A stretch of DNA of 64,000 nt from assembly GCA_040954595.2 (NCBI GenBank), contig CM082598.2:8943097-9007096 (forward strand), in the 5' to 3' direction. Below, one piece after another: positions 9,001 through 24,000 of the stretch (position 1 is the stretch's first letter; the number at the start of each line of letters is the position of its first letter). The stretch is from Balanoglossus misakiensis (Eukaryota > Animalia > Hemichordata). A program made the translations under genes and the position numbers. Below the pieces are notes generated by a model, which was given only the letters and a program-made list of their open reading frames with translations, ran no database searches and was not told where the DNA came from.

Positions 9001-12000
9001 AGAGTGTCAGGGTTTTAGCCGACTTATGCTGTAGGAAATCTGAGTTGATGAACGGGAATTCAATGTTAGAAAACCCGTGTGGAAAGTATCTCTACCCGTT
9101 TGAAACTAAGAAAAGAATTTATTCTTATTCATTTTGTAAAAAAGACAATTTTTCGAAAAAAGTCGAAAATGGTAAATTTGTCTTGGGTGATTCAAATTAT
9201 ACCGCCTTTTCTGGAATTTGCAGCACTTTTTACAAGAGAACGACACTTCATGCTCCATAATATTTCCGAACAAATTACCATTTTTGTCAAAATATGGCCA
9301 AAATGGCTATTTTTTTCTTGAATTCCGTCAATATCTCTGCATTTTTGGAGTGGTCGAAACTTTTAACATACAATCAACATGTCATATAAGATCAGGGCAC
9401 CAAATTCGAAGAACAAAGGTTTTGTTATTTTTTTTTCTAAAAATGACATTTTCAAGGAAAATTTGGTAAAACGCAATTTTGTCTGTAGTGAGCCAAATTA
9501 GACGGTCTTTTGTGGAATTTGTATCGATATTTACATACGAAGAGCATTCTATACTCCATCAGATTTCCGAAAATGTAGAAAAAAGGTATTTTTTGTAATT
9601 TTCAAAAATTTACCATTTTGACAAAATTGTGGCTAAAATTGTTATTTTCGTGTTGAATGCCGCCAGTGTCACTGCTTTTAAAATTCATCAAAACTTTTAA
9701 CATACAAGCAATTGTTTATATATGATCAGGTCACCGAATTGAAAAAATAAATAAAGTTTTGCCTAAAAATGACCTTTTGGTGCAAAAACGAATAAAACGC
9801 AATTTTGTATTAAATCAGCTCATTCAGAGTGCATTTTTTATAATCAGCACCATTTTTACAAATAATGGAAATTTCATACATCATCAGATATCCAAATATG
9901 AAAAAATGATTTAGATTTTAGATGATTGTCTAAAATTAGCTGATATCTAATAAATGTAGTATTGAACCGTTCTGTCCCCCCCCCCCCTTACATTATATGC
10001 GGTACGCCGATGTCAGCTTACCCGGCAGTACTGCAGGCCGTGCCCCAACTAACGTCGGTGTTTGAAACGCCCTGGTTAAATTCGGGCTTTCTCTATAAAT
10101 TGACAGGCAATAATGCAGGCCTACCCGAACAAATGTCGAGTGTTGACCCGCTGTGACTTTCCCTCTTCGGTTTGTCCGACTTAGCCAACGTCTTTGTACT
10201 AGAGTGTCGGGTCTTTTGCAGAGCCAGGCCGAAGGAAATCCGACTTGATCACCGTTGCTAACGAACGCTAGTGTCTGTCATGGTGTGCCGGGGTTTTATT
10301 CGAGCCAGGCCGTAGGAGATCTGACTTGATCATCGTGGTCAATGTACGCGTGTTTCCGCTCTAAAGTGCCGGGGCTTCAGCTAAACCAGGCCGTAGGAAA
10401 TCCGACGTAATCACCGTTGATAACTTACGCCAGTCTGTGTCATATAGAGTCGGTGCACCAGCCGAGTCACGCCGTAGGAAATCTGACTTGATCAACGTGG
10501 TCAATGTACGCCTGTTTCTGCTCTAGAGTGCCGGGGCTTCAGCTGAGCCAGGCCGTAGGAAACCCGACGTGATTACCGTTGTTAACTTACGCCAGTCTGT
10601 GTCCTATATATAGTGCCGGGGCATCAGCCGTGCCAGGCCGAAGGAAATGTGAGTAGACCAACGTGGTCTCTGTACGCGTGTTTCTGCTCTAGAGTGCCAG
10701 GGCTTTAGCCAAGCCATGCCGTAGGAAATCTGACTTGATCAACGTTGCTAACGAACGCTAGTGTCTGTCATAGTGTGCCGGGGTTTTAGTCGAGCCAAGC
10801 CGTAGGAGATCAGACTTGATCAACGTGGTCTCTGTACGCGTGTTTCTGCTCTAGAGTGCCGGGGCTTTATCCAAGCCGTGCCGTAGAAAATCTGACTTGA
10901 TCACCGTTGCTAACGTACGCTAGTGTCTGTGATATTGTGACGGAGATTTAGCCGAGCCAGGCCGTAGAAAAATCGACTTGTTCAACGTTACCAGTGTGCA
11001 ACTGTTTCTGCTCTAGAGTGTCAGGGTTTTAGCCGACTTATGCTGTAGCAAATCTGAGTTGATGAACGGGAATTCAATGTTAGAAAACCCGTGTGGAAAG
11101 TATCTCTACCCGTTTGAAACTAAGAAAAGAATTTATTCTTATTTATTTTGTAAAAAAGACAATTTTTATAAAAAAAAGTCGAAAATGGTAATTTTGTCTT
11201 GGGTGATTCAAATTATACCGCCTTTCCTGGAATTTGCAGCACTTTTTACAAGAGAACGACACTTCATGCTCCATAATATTTCCGAAAATGAAGAAAAGAG
11301 TTAATTTTTTATGATTTTTTACAAATTTACCATTTTTGTCAAAATATGGCCAAAATGACTATTTTTTCTTGAATTCCGTCAATATCTCTGCATTTTTGGA
11401 GTGGTCGAAACTTTTAACATACAATCAACATGTCATATATAATCAGGGCACCGAATTCGAAGAACAATTAAAGCTTTTTTTAATTGTTTTTCTAAAAATG
11501 ACATTTTCAAGCAAAATTTGATAACATGCAATTTTGTCTGCAATGAGCCAAATTAGACTGTCTTTTGTGGAAATTGTATCGATATATACAAACGAAGGGC
11601 ATTCTATACTCCATCAGATTACAGAAAATGTAGAAAACAGTTATTTTTCGTTATTTTCAAAAATTTACCATTTTTGACCAAAATGTGGCTAAAATTGTTA
11701 TTTTCGTCTTGAACGCCGCTAGTGTCACTGCTTTTAAGAGTCATAAAAACTTTTAACATACAAGCAATTGTTTATATATGATCAGGTCACCGAATTCAAA
11801 AAATAAAGAATGTTTTGCATAAAAATGACCTTTTTAGTGCAAACAATGAATAAAACGCAATTTTGTATTAAATCAGCTCATTCAGAGTGCATTTTTAGAA
11901 TCAGCACCATTTTTACATATAATGGAAATTTCATACATCATCAGATATCCAAATATGAAAAAATGATTTAGATTTTAGCTGATTGTCCAAAATTAGCTGA

Positions 12001-15000
12001 TATCTAATAAATGTAGTATTGAACCATTCTGTCCCCCCCCCCCCCTACATTATATGCGGTACGCCGATGTCAGCTTACCCGGCAGTACTGCAGGCCGTGT
12101 CCCCAACTAACGTCGGTGTTTGAAACGCCCTGGTTAAATTCGGGCTTTCTCTATAAATTGACAGGCAATAATGCAGTCCTACCCGAACAAATGTCGAGTG
12201 TTGACCCGCTGTGACTTCCCCTCTTTGGTTTGCCCGACTTAGCCAACGTCTTTGTACTAGAGTGTCGGGTCTTTTGCAGAGCCAGGCCGAAGGAAATCCG
12301 ACTTGATCACCGTTGCTAACGAACACTAGTGTCTGTCATGGTGTGCCGGGGTTTTAGTCGAGCCAGGCCGTAGGAGATCTGACTTGATCATCGTGGTCAA
12401 TATACGCGTGTTTCTGCTCTAAAGTGCCGTGGCTTCAGCTAAACCAGGCCGTAGGAAATCCGACGTAATCACCGTTGATAACTTACGCCAGTGACTGTCA
12501 TGGTGTGCCGGGGTTTTAGTCGAGCCAGGCCGTAGGAGATCTGACTTGATCATCGTGGTCAATGTACGCGTGTTTCCGCTATAAAGTGCCGGCGCTTCAG
12601 CTAAATCAGGCCGTTAGAAATCCGAGGTAATCACCATTGATAACTTACGCCAGTCTGTGTCATATAGAGCCGGTGCACCAGCGGAGTCACGTCGTAGGAA
12701 ATCTGACTTGATCAACGTGGTCAATGTACACCTGTTTCTGCTCTAGAGTGCCGGGGCTTCCGCTGAGCCAGGCCGTAGGAAACCCGACGTGATTACCGTT
12801 GTTAACTTACGCCAGTCTGTGTACTATAGAGCCGGTGCACCAGCCGAGTCACGCCGTAGGAAATCTGACTTGATCAACGTGGTCAATGTACGCCTGTTTC
12901 TGCTCTAGAGTGCCGGGGCTTCAGCTGAGCCAGGCCGTAGGAAACCCGACGTGATTACCGTTGTTAACTTACGCCAGTCTGTGTCCTATATATAGTGCCG
13001 GGGCATCAGCCGTGCCAGGCCGAAGGAAATGTGAGTAGATCAACGTGGTCTCTGTACGCGTGTTTCTGCTCTAGAGTGCCGGGGTTTTATCCAAGCCATG
13101 CCGTAGAAAATCTGACTTGATCACCTTTGCTAACGTACGCTAGTGTCTGTCATATTGTGACGGAGATTTAGCTGAGCCAGGCCGTAGAAAAATCGACTTG
13201 TTCAACGTTACCAGTGTGCAACTGTTTCTGCTCTAGAGTGTCAGAGTTTTAGCCGACTTATGCTGTAGGAAATCTGAGTTGATGAACGGGAATTCAATAT
13301 TAGAAAACCCGTGTGGAAAGTATCTCTACCCGTTTGAAACTAAGAAAAGAATTTATTCTTATTTATTTTGTAAAAAAGACAATTTTTCGAAAAAAAGTCG
13401 AAAATGGTAATTTTGTCTTGGGTGATTCAAATTATACCGCCTTTTCTGGAATTTGCAGTACTTTTTACAAGAGAACGACACTTCATGCTCCATAATATTT
13501 CCGAAAATTAATAAAAGAGTTAATTTTTTATGATTTTTTAAAAATTTATCATTTTTGTCAAAATATGGCCAAAATGGCTATTTTTTCTTGAATTTTGTCA
13601 ATATCTCTGCATTTTTGGAGTGGTCGAAACTTTTAACATACAATCAACATGTCATATATGATCAGGGCACCAAATTCGAAGAACAAAGGTTTTTTTATTT
13701 TTTTTTCTAAAAATGACATTTTCGAGGAAAATTTGGTAAAACGCAATTTTGTCTGCAGTGAGCCAAATTAGACTGTCTTTTGTGGAAATTGTATCGATAT
13801 ATACAAACGAAGGGCATTCTATACTCCATCAGATTACAGAAAATGTAGAAAACAGTTATTTTTCGTTATTTTCAAAAATTTACCATTTTTGACCAAAATG
13901 TGGCTAAAATTGTTATTTTCGTCTTGAACGCCGCCAGTGTCACTGCTTTTAAGAGTCATAAAAACTTTTAACATACAAGCAATTGTTTATATATGATCAG
14001 GTCACCGAATTCAAAAAATAAAGAATGTTTTGCATAAAAATGACCTTTTTAGTGTAAACAATGAATAAAACGCAATTTTGTATTAAATCAGCTCATTCAG
14101 AGTGCATTTTTTATAATCAGCACCATTTTTACATATAATGGAAATTTCATACATCATCAGATATCCAAATATGAAAAAATGATTTAGATTTTAGCTGATT
14201 GTCCAAAATTAGCTGATATCTAATAAATGTAGTATTGAACCATTCTGTCCCCCCCCCCTACATTATATGCGGTACGCCGATGTCAGCTTACCCGGCAGTA
14301 CTGCAGGCCGTGTCCCCAACTAACGTCGGTGTTTGAAACGCCCTGGTTAAATTCGGGCTTTCTCTATAAATTAACAGGCAATAATGCAGTCCTACCCGAA
14401 CAAATGTCGAGTGTTGACCCGCTGTGACTTCCCCTCTTTGGTTTGCCCGACTTAGCCAACGTCTTTGTACTAGAGTGTCGGGTCTTTTGCAGAGCCAGGC
14501 CGAAGGAAATCCGACTTGATCACCGTTGCTAACGAACACTAGTGTCTGTCATGGTGTGCCGGGGTTTTAGTCGAGCCAGGCCGTAGGAGATCTGACTTGA
14601 TCATCGTGGTCAATATACGCGTGTTTCTGCTCTAAAGTGCCGGGGCTTCAGCTAAACCAGGCCGTAGGAAATCCGACGTAATCACCGTTGATAACTTACG
14701 CCAGTGACTGTCATGGTGTGCCGGGGTTTTAGTCGAGCCAGGCCGTAGGAGATCTGACTTGATCATCGTGGTCAATGTACGCGTGTTTCCGCTATAAAGT
14801 GCCGGGGCTTCAGCTAAATCAGGCCGTTAGAAATCCGAGGTAATCACCATTGATAACTTACGCCAGTCTGTGTCATATAGAGCCGGTGCACCAGCGGAGT
14901 CACGCCGTAGGAAATCTGACTTGATCAACGTGGTCAATGTACACCTGTTTCTGCTCTAGAGTGCCGGGGCTTCAGCTGAGCCAGGCCGTAGGAAACCCGA

Positions 15001-18000
15001 CGTGATTACCGTTGTTAACTTACGCCAGTCTGTGTACTATAGAGCCGGTGCACCAGCCGAGTCACGCCGTAGGAAATCTGACTTGATCAACGTGGTCAAT
15101 GTACGCCTGTTTCTGCTCTAGAGTGCCGGGGCTTCAGCTGAGCCAGGCCGTAGGAAACCCGACGTGATTACCGTTGTTAACTTACGCCAGTCTGTGTCCT
15201 ATATATAGTGCCGGGGCATCAGCCGTGCCAGGCCGAAGGAAATGTGAGTAGATCAACGTGGTCTCTGTACGCGTGTTTCTGCTCTAGAGTGCCGGGGTTT
15301 TTCCAAGCCATGCCGTAGAAAATCTGACTTGATCACCGTTGCTAACGTACGCTAGTGTCTGTCATATTGTGACGGAGATTTAGCTGAGCCAGGCCGTAGA
15401 AAAATCGACTTGTTCAACGTTACCAGTGTGCAACTGTTTCTGCTCTAGAGTGTCAGAGTTTTAGCCGACTTATGCTGTAGGAAATCTGAGTTGATGAACG
15501 GGAATTCAATATTAGAAAACCCGTGTGGAAAGTATCTCTACCCGTTTGAAACTAAGAAAAGAATTTATTCTTATTTATTTTGTAAAAAAGACAATTTTTC
15601 GAAAAAAAGTCGAAAATGGTAATTTTGTCTTGGGTGATTCAAATTATACCGCCTTTTCTGGAATTTGCAGTACTTTTTACAAGAGAACGACACTTCATGC
15701 TCCATAATATTTCCAAAATTAATAAAAGAGTTAATTTTTTATGATTTTTTAAAAATTTATCATTTTTGTCAAAATATGGCCAAAATGGCTATTTTTTCTT
15801 GAATTCCGTCAATATCTCTGCATTTTTGGAGTGGTCGAAAGTTTTAACATACAATCAACATGTCATATATGATCAGGGCACCAAATTCGAAGAACAAAGG
15901 TTTTTTTATTTTTTTTTCTAAAAATGACATTTTCGAGGAAAATTTGGTAAAACGCAATTTTGTCTGCAGTGAGCCAAATTAGACTGTCTTTTGTGGAATT
16001 TGTATCGATATATACATACGAAGAGCATTCTATACTCCATCAGATTTCCGAAAATGTAGAAAACAGGTATTTTTTGTAATTTTCAAAAATTTACCATTTT
16101 GACCAAATTATGGCTAAAATTGTTATTTTCCTCTTGGACGCCGCCAGTGTCACTGCTTTTAAGAGTCCTAAAAACTTTTAACATACAAGCAATTGTTTAT
16201 ATATGATCAGGTCACCGAATTAAAAAAATAAAGAATGTTTTGCCTAAAAATGACCTTTTTAGTGCAAAAAATGAACAAAACGCAATTTTGTATTAAATCA
16301 GCTCATTCAGAGTGCATTTTTAGAATCAGCACCATTTTTACATATTATGGACATTTCATACATCATCAGATATCCAAATTTGAAAAAAATGATTTAGATT
16401 TTAGCTGATTGTCCAAAATTAGCTGATATCTAATAAATGTAGTATTGAACCATTCTGTCCCCCCCCTACATTATATGCGGTACGCCGATGTCAGCTTACC
16501 CGGCAGTACTGCAGGCCGTGCCCCCAACTAACGTCGGTGTTTGAAACGCCCTGGTTAAATTCGGGCTTTCTCTATAAATTGACAGGCAATAATGCAGTCC
16601 TACCCGAACAAATGTCGAGTGTTGACCCGCTGTGACTTCCCCTCTTTGGTTTGCCCGACCTAGCCAAGTGAACGTCTTTGTACTAGAGTGTCGGGTCTTT
16701 TGCAGAGCCAGGCCGAAGGAAATCCGACTTGATCACCGTTGCTAACGAACACTAGTGTCTGTCATGGTGTGCCGGGGTTTTAGTCGAGCCAGGCCGTAGG
16801 AGATCTGACTTGATCATCGTGGTCAATGTACGCGTGTTTCTGCTCTAAAGTGCCGGGGCTTCAGCTAAACCAGGCCGTAGGAAATCCGACGTAATCACCG
16901 TTGATAACTTACGCCAGTGTCTGTCATGGTGTGCCGGGGTTTTAGTCGAGCCAGGCCGTAGGAGATCTGACTTGATCATCGTGGTCAATGTACGCGTGTT
17001 TCCGCTCTAAAGTGCCGGGGCTTCAGCTAAACCAGGCCGTTAGAAATCCGACGTAATCACCATTGATAACTTACGCCAGTCTGTGTCATATAGAGCCGGT
17101 GCACCAGCGGAGTCACGCCGTAGGAAATCTGACTTGATCAACGTGGTCAATGTACACCTGTTTCTGCTCTAGAGTGCCGGGGCTTCAGCTGAGCCAGGCC
17201 GTAGGAAACCCGACGTGATTACCGTTGTTAACTTACGCCAGTCTGTGTACTATAGAGCCGGTGCACCAGCCGAGTCACGCCGTAGGAAATCTGACTTGAT
17301 CAACGTGGTCAATGTACGCCTGTTTCTGCTCTAGAGTGCCGGGGCTTCAGCTGAGCCAGGCCGTTGGAAACCCGACGTGATTACCGTTGTTAACTTACGC
17401 CAGTCTGTGTCCTATATATAGTGTTGGGGCATCAGCCGTGCCAGGCCGAAGGAAATGTGAAGAGATTAACGTGGTCTCTGTACGCGTGTTTCTGCTCTAG
17501 AGTGCCGGGGTTTTATCCAAGCCATGCCGTAGAAAATCTGACTTGATCACCGTTGCTAACGTACGCTAGTGTCTGTCATATTGTGACGGAGATTTAGCTG
17601 AGGCAGTGTGCAACTGTTTCTGCTCTAGAGTGTCAGAGTTTTAGCCGACTTATGCTGTAGGAAATCTGAGTTGATGAACGGGAATTCAATATTAGAAAAC
17701 CCGTGTGGAAAGTATCTCTACCCGTTTGAAACTAAGAAAAGAATTTATTCTTATTTATTTTGTAAAAAAGACAATTTTTCGAAAAAAAGTCGAAAATGGT
17801 AATTTTGTCTTGGGTGATTCAAATTACACCGCCTTTTCTGGAATTTGCAGCACTTTTTACAAGAGAACGACACTTCATGCTCCATAATATTTCCGAAAAT
17901 TAATAAAAGAGTTAATTTTTTATGATTTTTTAAAAATTTACCATTTTTGTCAAAATATGGCCAAAATGGCTATTTTTTCTTGAATTTTGTCAATATCTCT

Positions 18001-21000
18001 GCATTTTTGGAGTGGTCGAAAGTTTTAACATACAATCAACATGTCATATATGATCAGGGCACCAAATTCGAAGAACAAAGGTTTTTTTATTTTTTTTTCT
18101 AAAAATGACATTTTCAAGGAAAATTTGGTTAAACGCAATTTTGTCTGCAGTGAGCCAAATTAGACTGTCTTTTGTGGAATTTGTATCGATATATACATAC
18201 GAAGAGCATTCTATACTCCATCAGATTTCCGAAAATGTAGAAAACAGGTATTTTTTGTAATTTTCAAAAATTTACCATTTTGACCAAATTATGGCTAAAA
18301 TTGTTATTTTCCTCTTGGACGCCGCCAGTGTCACTGCTTTTAAGAGTCCTAAAAACTTTTAACATACAAGCAATTGTTTATATATGATCAGGTCACCGAA
18401 TTAAAAAAATAAAGAATGTTTTGCCTAAAAATGACGTTTTTAGTGCAAAAAATGAATAAAACGCAATTTTGTATTAAATCAGCTCATTCAGAGTGCATTT
18501 TTAGAATCAGCACCATTTTTACATATTATGGACATTTCATACATCATCAGATATCCAAATTTGAAAAAAATGATTTAGATTTTAGCTGATTGTCCAAAAT
18601 TAGCTGATATCTAATAAATGTAGTATTGAACCATTCTGTTCCCCCCCCCCCCTACATTATATGCGGTACGCCGATGTCAGCTTACCCGGCAGTACTGCAG
18701 GCCGTGCCCCCAACTAACGTTGGTGTTTGAAACGCCCCGGTTAAATTCGGGCTTTCTCTATAAATTGACAGGCAATAATGCAGTCCTACCCGAACAAATG
18801 TCGAGTGTTGACCCGCTGTGACTTTCCCTCTTCGGTTTGCCCGACTTAGCCAACGTCTTTGTACTGGAGTGTCGGGTCTTTTGCAGAGCCAGGCCGAAGG
18901 AAATCCGACTTGATCACCGTTGCTAACGAACGCTAGTGTCTGTCATGGTGTGCCGGGGTTTTAGTCGAGCCAGGCCGTAGGAGATCTGACTTGATCATCG
19001 TGGTCAATGTACGCGTGTTTCCGCTCTAAAGTGCCGGGGCTTCAGCTAAACCAGGCCGTAGGAAATCCGACGTAATCACCGTTGATAACTTACGCCAGTC
19101 TGTGTCATATAGAGTCGGTGCACCAGCCGAGTCACGCCGTAGGAAATCTGACTTGATCAACGTGGTCAATGTACGCCAGTTTCTGCTCTAGAGTGCCGGG
19201 GCTTCAGCTGAGCCATGCCGTAGGAAATCTGACTTGATCAACGTTGCTAACGAACGCTAGTGTCTGTCATAGTGTGCCGGGGTTTTAGTCGAGCCAAGCC
19301 GTAGGAGATCAGACTTGATCAACGTGGTCTCTGTACGCGTGTTTCTGCTCTAGAGTGCCGGGGCTTTATCCAAGCCGTGCCGTAGAAAATCTGACTTGAT
19401 CACCGTTGCTAACGTACGCTAGTGTCTGTCATATTGTGACGGAGATTTAGCCGAGCCAGGCCGTAGAAAAATCGACTTGTTCAACGTTACCAGTGTGCAA
19501 CTGTTTCTGCTCTAGAGTGTCAGGGTTTTAGCCGACTTATGCTGTAGCAAATCTGAGTTGATGAACGGGAATTCAATGTTAGAAAACCCGTGTGGAAAGT
19601 ATCTCTACCCGTTTGAAACTAAGAAAAGAATTTATTCTTATTTATTTTGTAAAAAGACAATTTTTCGAAAAAAAGTCGAAAATGGTAATTTTGTCTTGGG
19701 TGATTCAAATTATACCGCCTTTCCTGGAATTTGCAGCACTTTTTACAAGAGAACGACACTTCATGCTCCATAATATTTCCGGAAATGAAGAAAAGAGTTA
19801 ATTTTTTATGATTTTTTACAAATTTACCATTTTTGTCAAAATATGGCCAAAATGACTATTTTTTCTTGAATTCCGTCAATATCTCTGCATTTTTGGAGTG
19901 GTCGAAACTTTTAACATACAATCAACATGTCATATATAATCAGGGCACCGAATTCGAAGAACAATTAAAGCTTTTTTTAATTGTTTTTCTAAAAATGACA
20001 TTTTCAAGCAAAATTTGATAACATGCAATTTTGTCTGCAATGAGCCAAATTAGACTGTCTTTTGTGGAAATTGTATCGATATATACAAACGAAGGGCATT
20101 TTATACTCCATCAGATTACAGAAAATGTAGAAAACAGTTATTTTTCGTTATTTTCAAAAATTTACCATTTTTGACCAAAATGTGGCTAAAATTGTTATTT
20201 TCGTCTTGAACGCCGCCAGTGTCACTGCTTTTAAGAGTCATAAAAACTTTTAACATACAAGCAATTGTTTATATATGATCAGGTCACCGAATTCAAAAAA
20301 TAAAGAATGTTTTGCATAAAAATGACCTTTTTAGTGCAAACAGTGAATAAAACGCAATTTTGTATTAAATCAGCTCATTCAGAGTGCATTTTTAGAATCA
20401 GCACCATTTTTACATATAATGGAAATTTCATACATCATCAGATATCCAAATATGAAAAAATGATTTAGATTTTAGCTGATTGTCCAAAATTAGCTGATAT
20501 CTAATAAATGTAGTATTGAACCGTTCTGTTCCCCCCCCTACATTATATGCGGTACGCCGATGTCAGCTTACCCGGCAGTACTGCAGGCCGTGCCCCCAAC
20601 TAACGTCGGTGTTTGAAACGCCCTGGTTAAATTCGGGCTTTCTCTATAAATTGACAGGCAATAATGCAGTCCTACCCGAACAAATGTCGAGTGTTGACCC
20701 GCTGTGACTTTCCCTCTTCGGTTAGTCCGACTTAGCCAACGTCTTTGTACTAGAGTGTCGGGTCTTTTGCAGAGCCAGGCCGAAGGAAATCCGACTTGAT
20801 CACCGTTGCTAACGAACGCTAGTGTCTGTCATGGTGTGCCGGGGTTTTAGTCGAGCCAGGCCGTAGGAGATCTGACTTGATCATCGTGGTCAATGTACGC
20901 GTGTTTCCGCTCTAAAGTGCTGGGGCTTCAGCTAAACCAGGCCGTAGGAAATCCGACGTAATCACCGTTGATAACTTACGCCAGTCTGTGTCATATAGAG

Positions 21001-24000
21001 CCGGTGCACCAGCCGAGTCACGCCGTAGGAAATCTGACTTAATCAACGTGGTCAACGTACGCCTGTTTCTGCTCTAGAGTGCCGGGGCTTCAGCTAAGCC
21101 AGGCCGTAGGAAACCCGACGTGATTACCGTTGTTAACTTACGCCAGTCTGTGTCCTATATATAGTGCCGGGGCATCAGCCGTGCCAGGCCGAAGGAAATG
21201 TGAGTAGATCAACGTGGTCTCTGTACGCGTGTTTCTGCTCTAGAGTGCCAGGGCTTTAGCCAAGCCATGCCGTAGGAAATCTGACTTGATCAACGTTGCT
21301 AACGAACGCTAGTGTCTGTCATAGTGTGCCGGGGTTTTAGTCGAGCCAAGCCGTAGGAGATCAGACTTGATCAACGTGGTCTCTGTACGCGTGTTTCTGC
21401 TCTAGAGTGCCGGGGCTTTATCCAAGCCGTGCCGTAGAAAATCTGACTTGATCACCGTTGCTAACGTACGGTAGTGTCTGTCATATTGTGACGGAGATTT
21501 AGCCGAGCCAGGCCGTAGAAAAATCGACTTGTTCAACGTTACCAGTGTGCAACTGTTTCTGCTCTAGAGTGTCAGAGTTTTAGCCGACTTATGCTGTAGG
21601 AAATCTGAGTTGATGAACGGGAATTCAACATTAGAAAACCCGTGTGGAAAGTATCTCTACCCGTTTGAAACTAAGAAAAGACATTATTCTTATTTATTTT
21701 GTAAAAAAGACAATTTTTCGAAAAAAAAGTCGAAAATGGTAATTTTGTCTTGGGTGATTCAAATTATACCGCCTTTTCTGGAATTTGCAGCACTTTTTAC
21801 AAGAGAACGACACTTCATGCTCCATAATATTTCCGAAAATGAAGAAAAGAGTTAATTTTTTATGATTTTGTCAAAATATGGCCAAAATGGCTATTTTTTC
21901 TTGAATTTTGTCAATATCTCTGCATTTTTGGAGTGGTCGAAAGTCTTACATACAATCAACTTGTCAAATATGATCAGGGCAATAAATTCGAAGAACAAAG
22001 GTTTTTTTATTTTTTTTTCTAAAAATGACATTTTCAAGGAAAATTTGGTAAAACGCAATTTTGTCTGTAGTGAGCCAAATTAGACGGTCTTTTGTGGAAT
22101 TTGTATCGATATTTACATACGAAGAGCATTCTATACTCCATCAGATTTCCGAAAATGTAGAAAAAAGGTATTTTTTGTAATTTTCAAAAATTTACCATTT
22201 TGACAAAATTGTGGCTAAAATTGTTATTTTCGTGTTGAATGCCGCCAGTGTCACTGCTTTTAAAATTCATAAAAACTTTTAACATACAAGCAATTGTTTA
22301 TATATGATCAGGTCACCGAATTAAAAAAATAAATAATGTTTTGCCTAAAAATGACCTTTTTGGTGCAAAAACAAATAAAATGCAATTTTGTATTAAATCA
22401 GCTCATTCAGAGTGCATTTTTTATAATCAGCACCATTTTTACATATAATGGAAATTTCATACATCATCAGATATCCAAATATGAAAAAATGATTTAGATT
22501 TTAGATGATTGTCCAAAATTAGCTGATATGTAATAAATGTAGTATTGAACCGTTCTGTCCCCCCCCCCCCCTACATTATATGCGGTACGCCGATGTCAGC
22601 TTACCCGGCAGTACTGCAGGCCGTGCCCCCAACTAACGTCGGTGTTTGAAACGCCCTGGTTAAATTCGGGCTTTCTCTATAAATTGACAGGCAATAATGC
22701 AGTCCTACCCGAACAAATGTCGAGTGTTGGCCCGCTGTGACTTCCCCTCTTTGGTTTGCCGACTTAGCCAACGTCTTTGTACTAGAGTGTCGGGTCTTTT
22801 GCAGAGCCAGGCCGAAGGAAATCCGACTTGATAACCGTTGCTAACGAACGCTAGTGTCTGTCATGGTGTGCCGGGGTTTTAGTCGAGCCAGGCCGTAGGA
22901 GATCTGACTTGATCATCGTGGTCAATGTACGCGTGTTTCTGCTCTAAAGTGCCGGGGCTTCAGCTAAACCAGGCCGTAGGAAATCCGACGTAATCACCGT
23001 TGATAACTTACGCCAGTGTCTGTCATGGTGTGCCGGGGTTTTAGTCGAGCCAGGCCGTAGGAGATCTGACTTGATCATCGTGGTCAATGTACGCGTGTTT
23101 CCGCTCTAAAGTGCTGGGGCTTCAGCTAAACCAGGCCGTAGGAAATCCGACGTAATCACCGTTGATAACTTACGCCAGTCTGTGTCATATAGAGCCGGTG
23201 CACCAGCCGAGTCACGCCGTAGGAAATCTGACTTAATCAACGTGGTCAATGTACGCCTGTTTCTGCTCTAGAGTGCCGGGGCTTCAGCTAAGCCAGGCCG
23301 TAGGAAACCCGACGTGATTACCGTTGTTAACTTACGCCAGTCTGTGTCCTATATATAGTGCCGGGGCATCAGCCGTGCCAGGCCGAAGGAAATGTGAGTA
23401 GATCAACGTGGTCTCTGTACGCGTGTTTCTGCTCTAGAGTGCCAGGGCTTTAGCCAAGCCGTGCCGTAGGAAATCTGACTTGATCAACGTTGCTAACGAA
23501 CGCTAGTGTCTGTCATAGTGTGCCGGGGTTTTAGTCGAGCCAAGCCGTAGGAGATCAGACTTGATCAACGTGGTCTCTGTACGCGTGTTTCTGCTCTAGA
23601 GTGCCGGGGCTTTATTCAAGCCGTGCCGTAGAAAATCTGACTTGATCACCGTTGCTAACGTACGCTAGTGTCTGTCATATTGTGACGGAGATTTAGCTGA
23701 GCCAGGCCGTAGAAAAATCGACTTGTTCAACGTTACCAGTGTGCAACTGTTTCTGCTCTAGAGTGTCAGGGTTTTAGCCGACTTATGCTGTAGGAAATCT
23801 GAGTTGATGAACGGGAATTCAACATTAGAAAACCCGTGTGGAAAGTATCTCTACCCGTTTGAAACTAAGAAAAGAATTTATTCTTATTTATTTTGTAAAA
23901 AAGACAATTTTTCGAAAAAAAAGTCGAAAATGGTAATTTTGTCTTGGGTGATTCAAATTATACCGCCTTTTCTGGAATTTGCAGCACTTTTTACAAGAGA

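Noticed and set aside
12075-12326. Minus-strand 83-aa ORF (also 14288, 48371, 61778)
   Set aside because: Listed in only four units, where a SNP supplies the start codon; no protein-like features.
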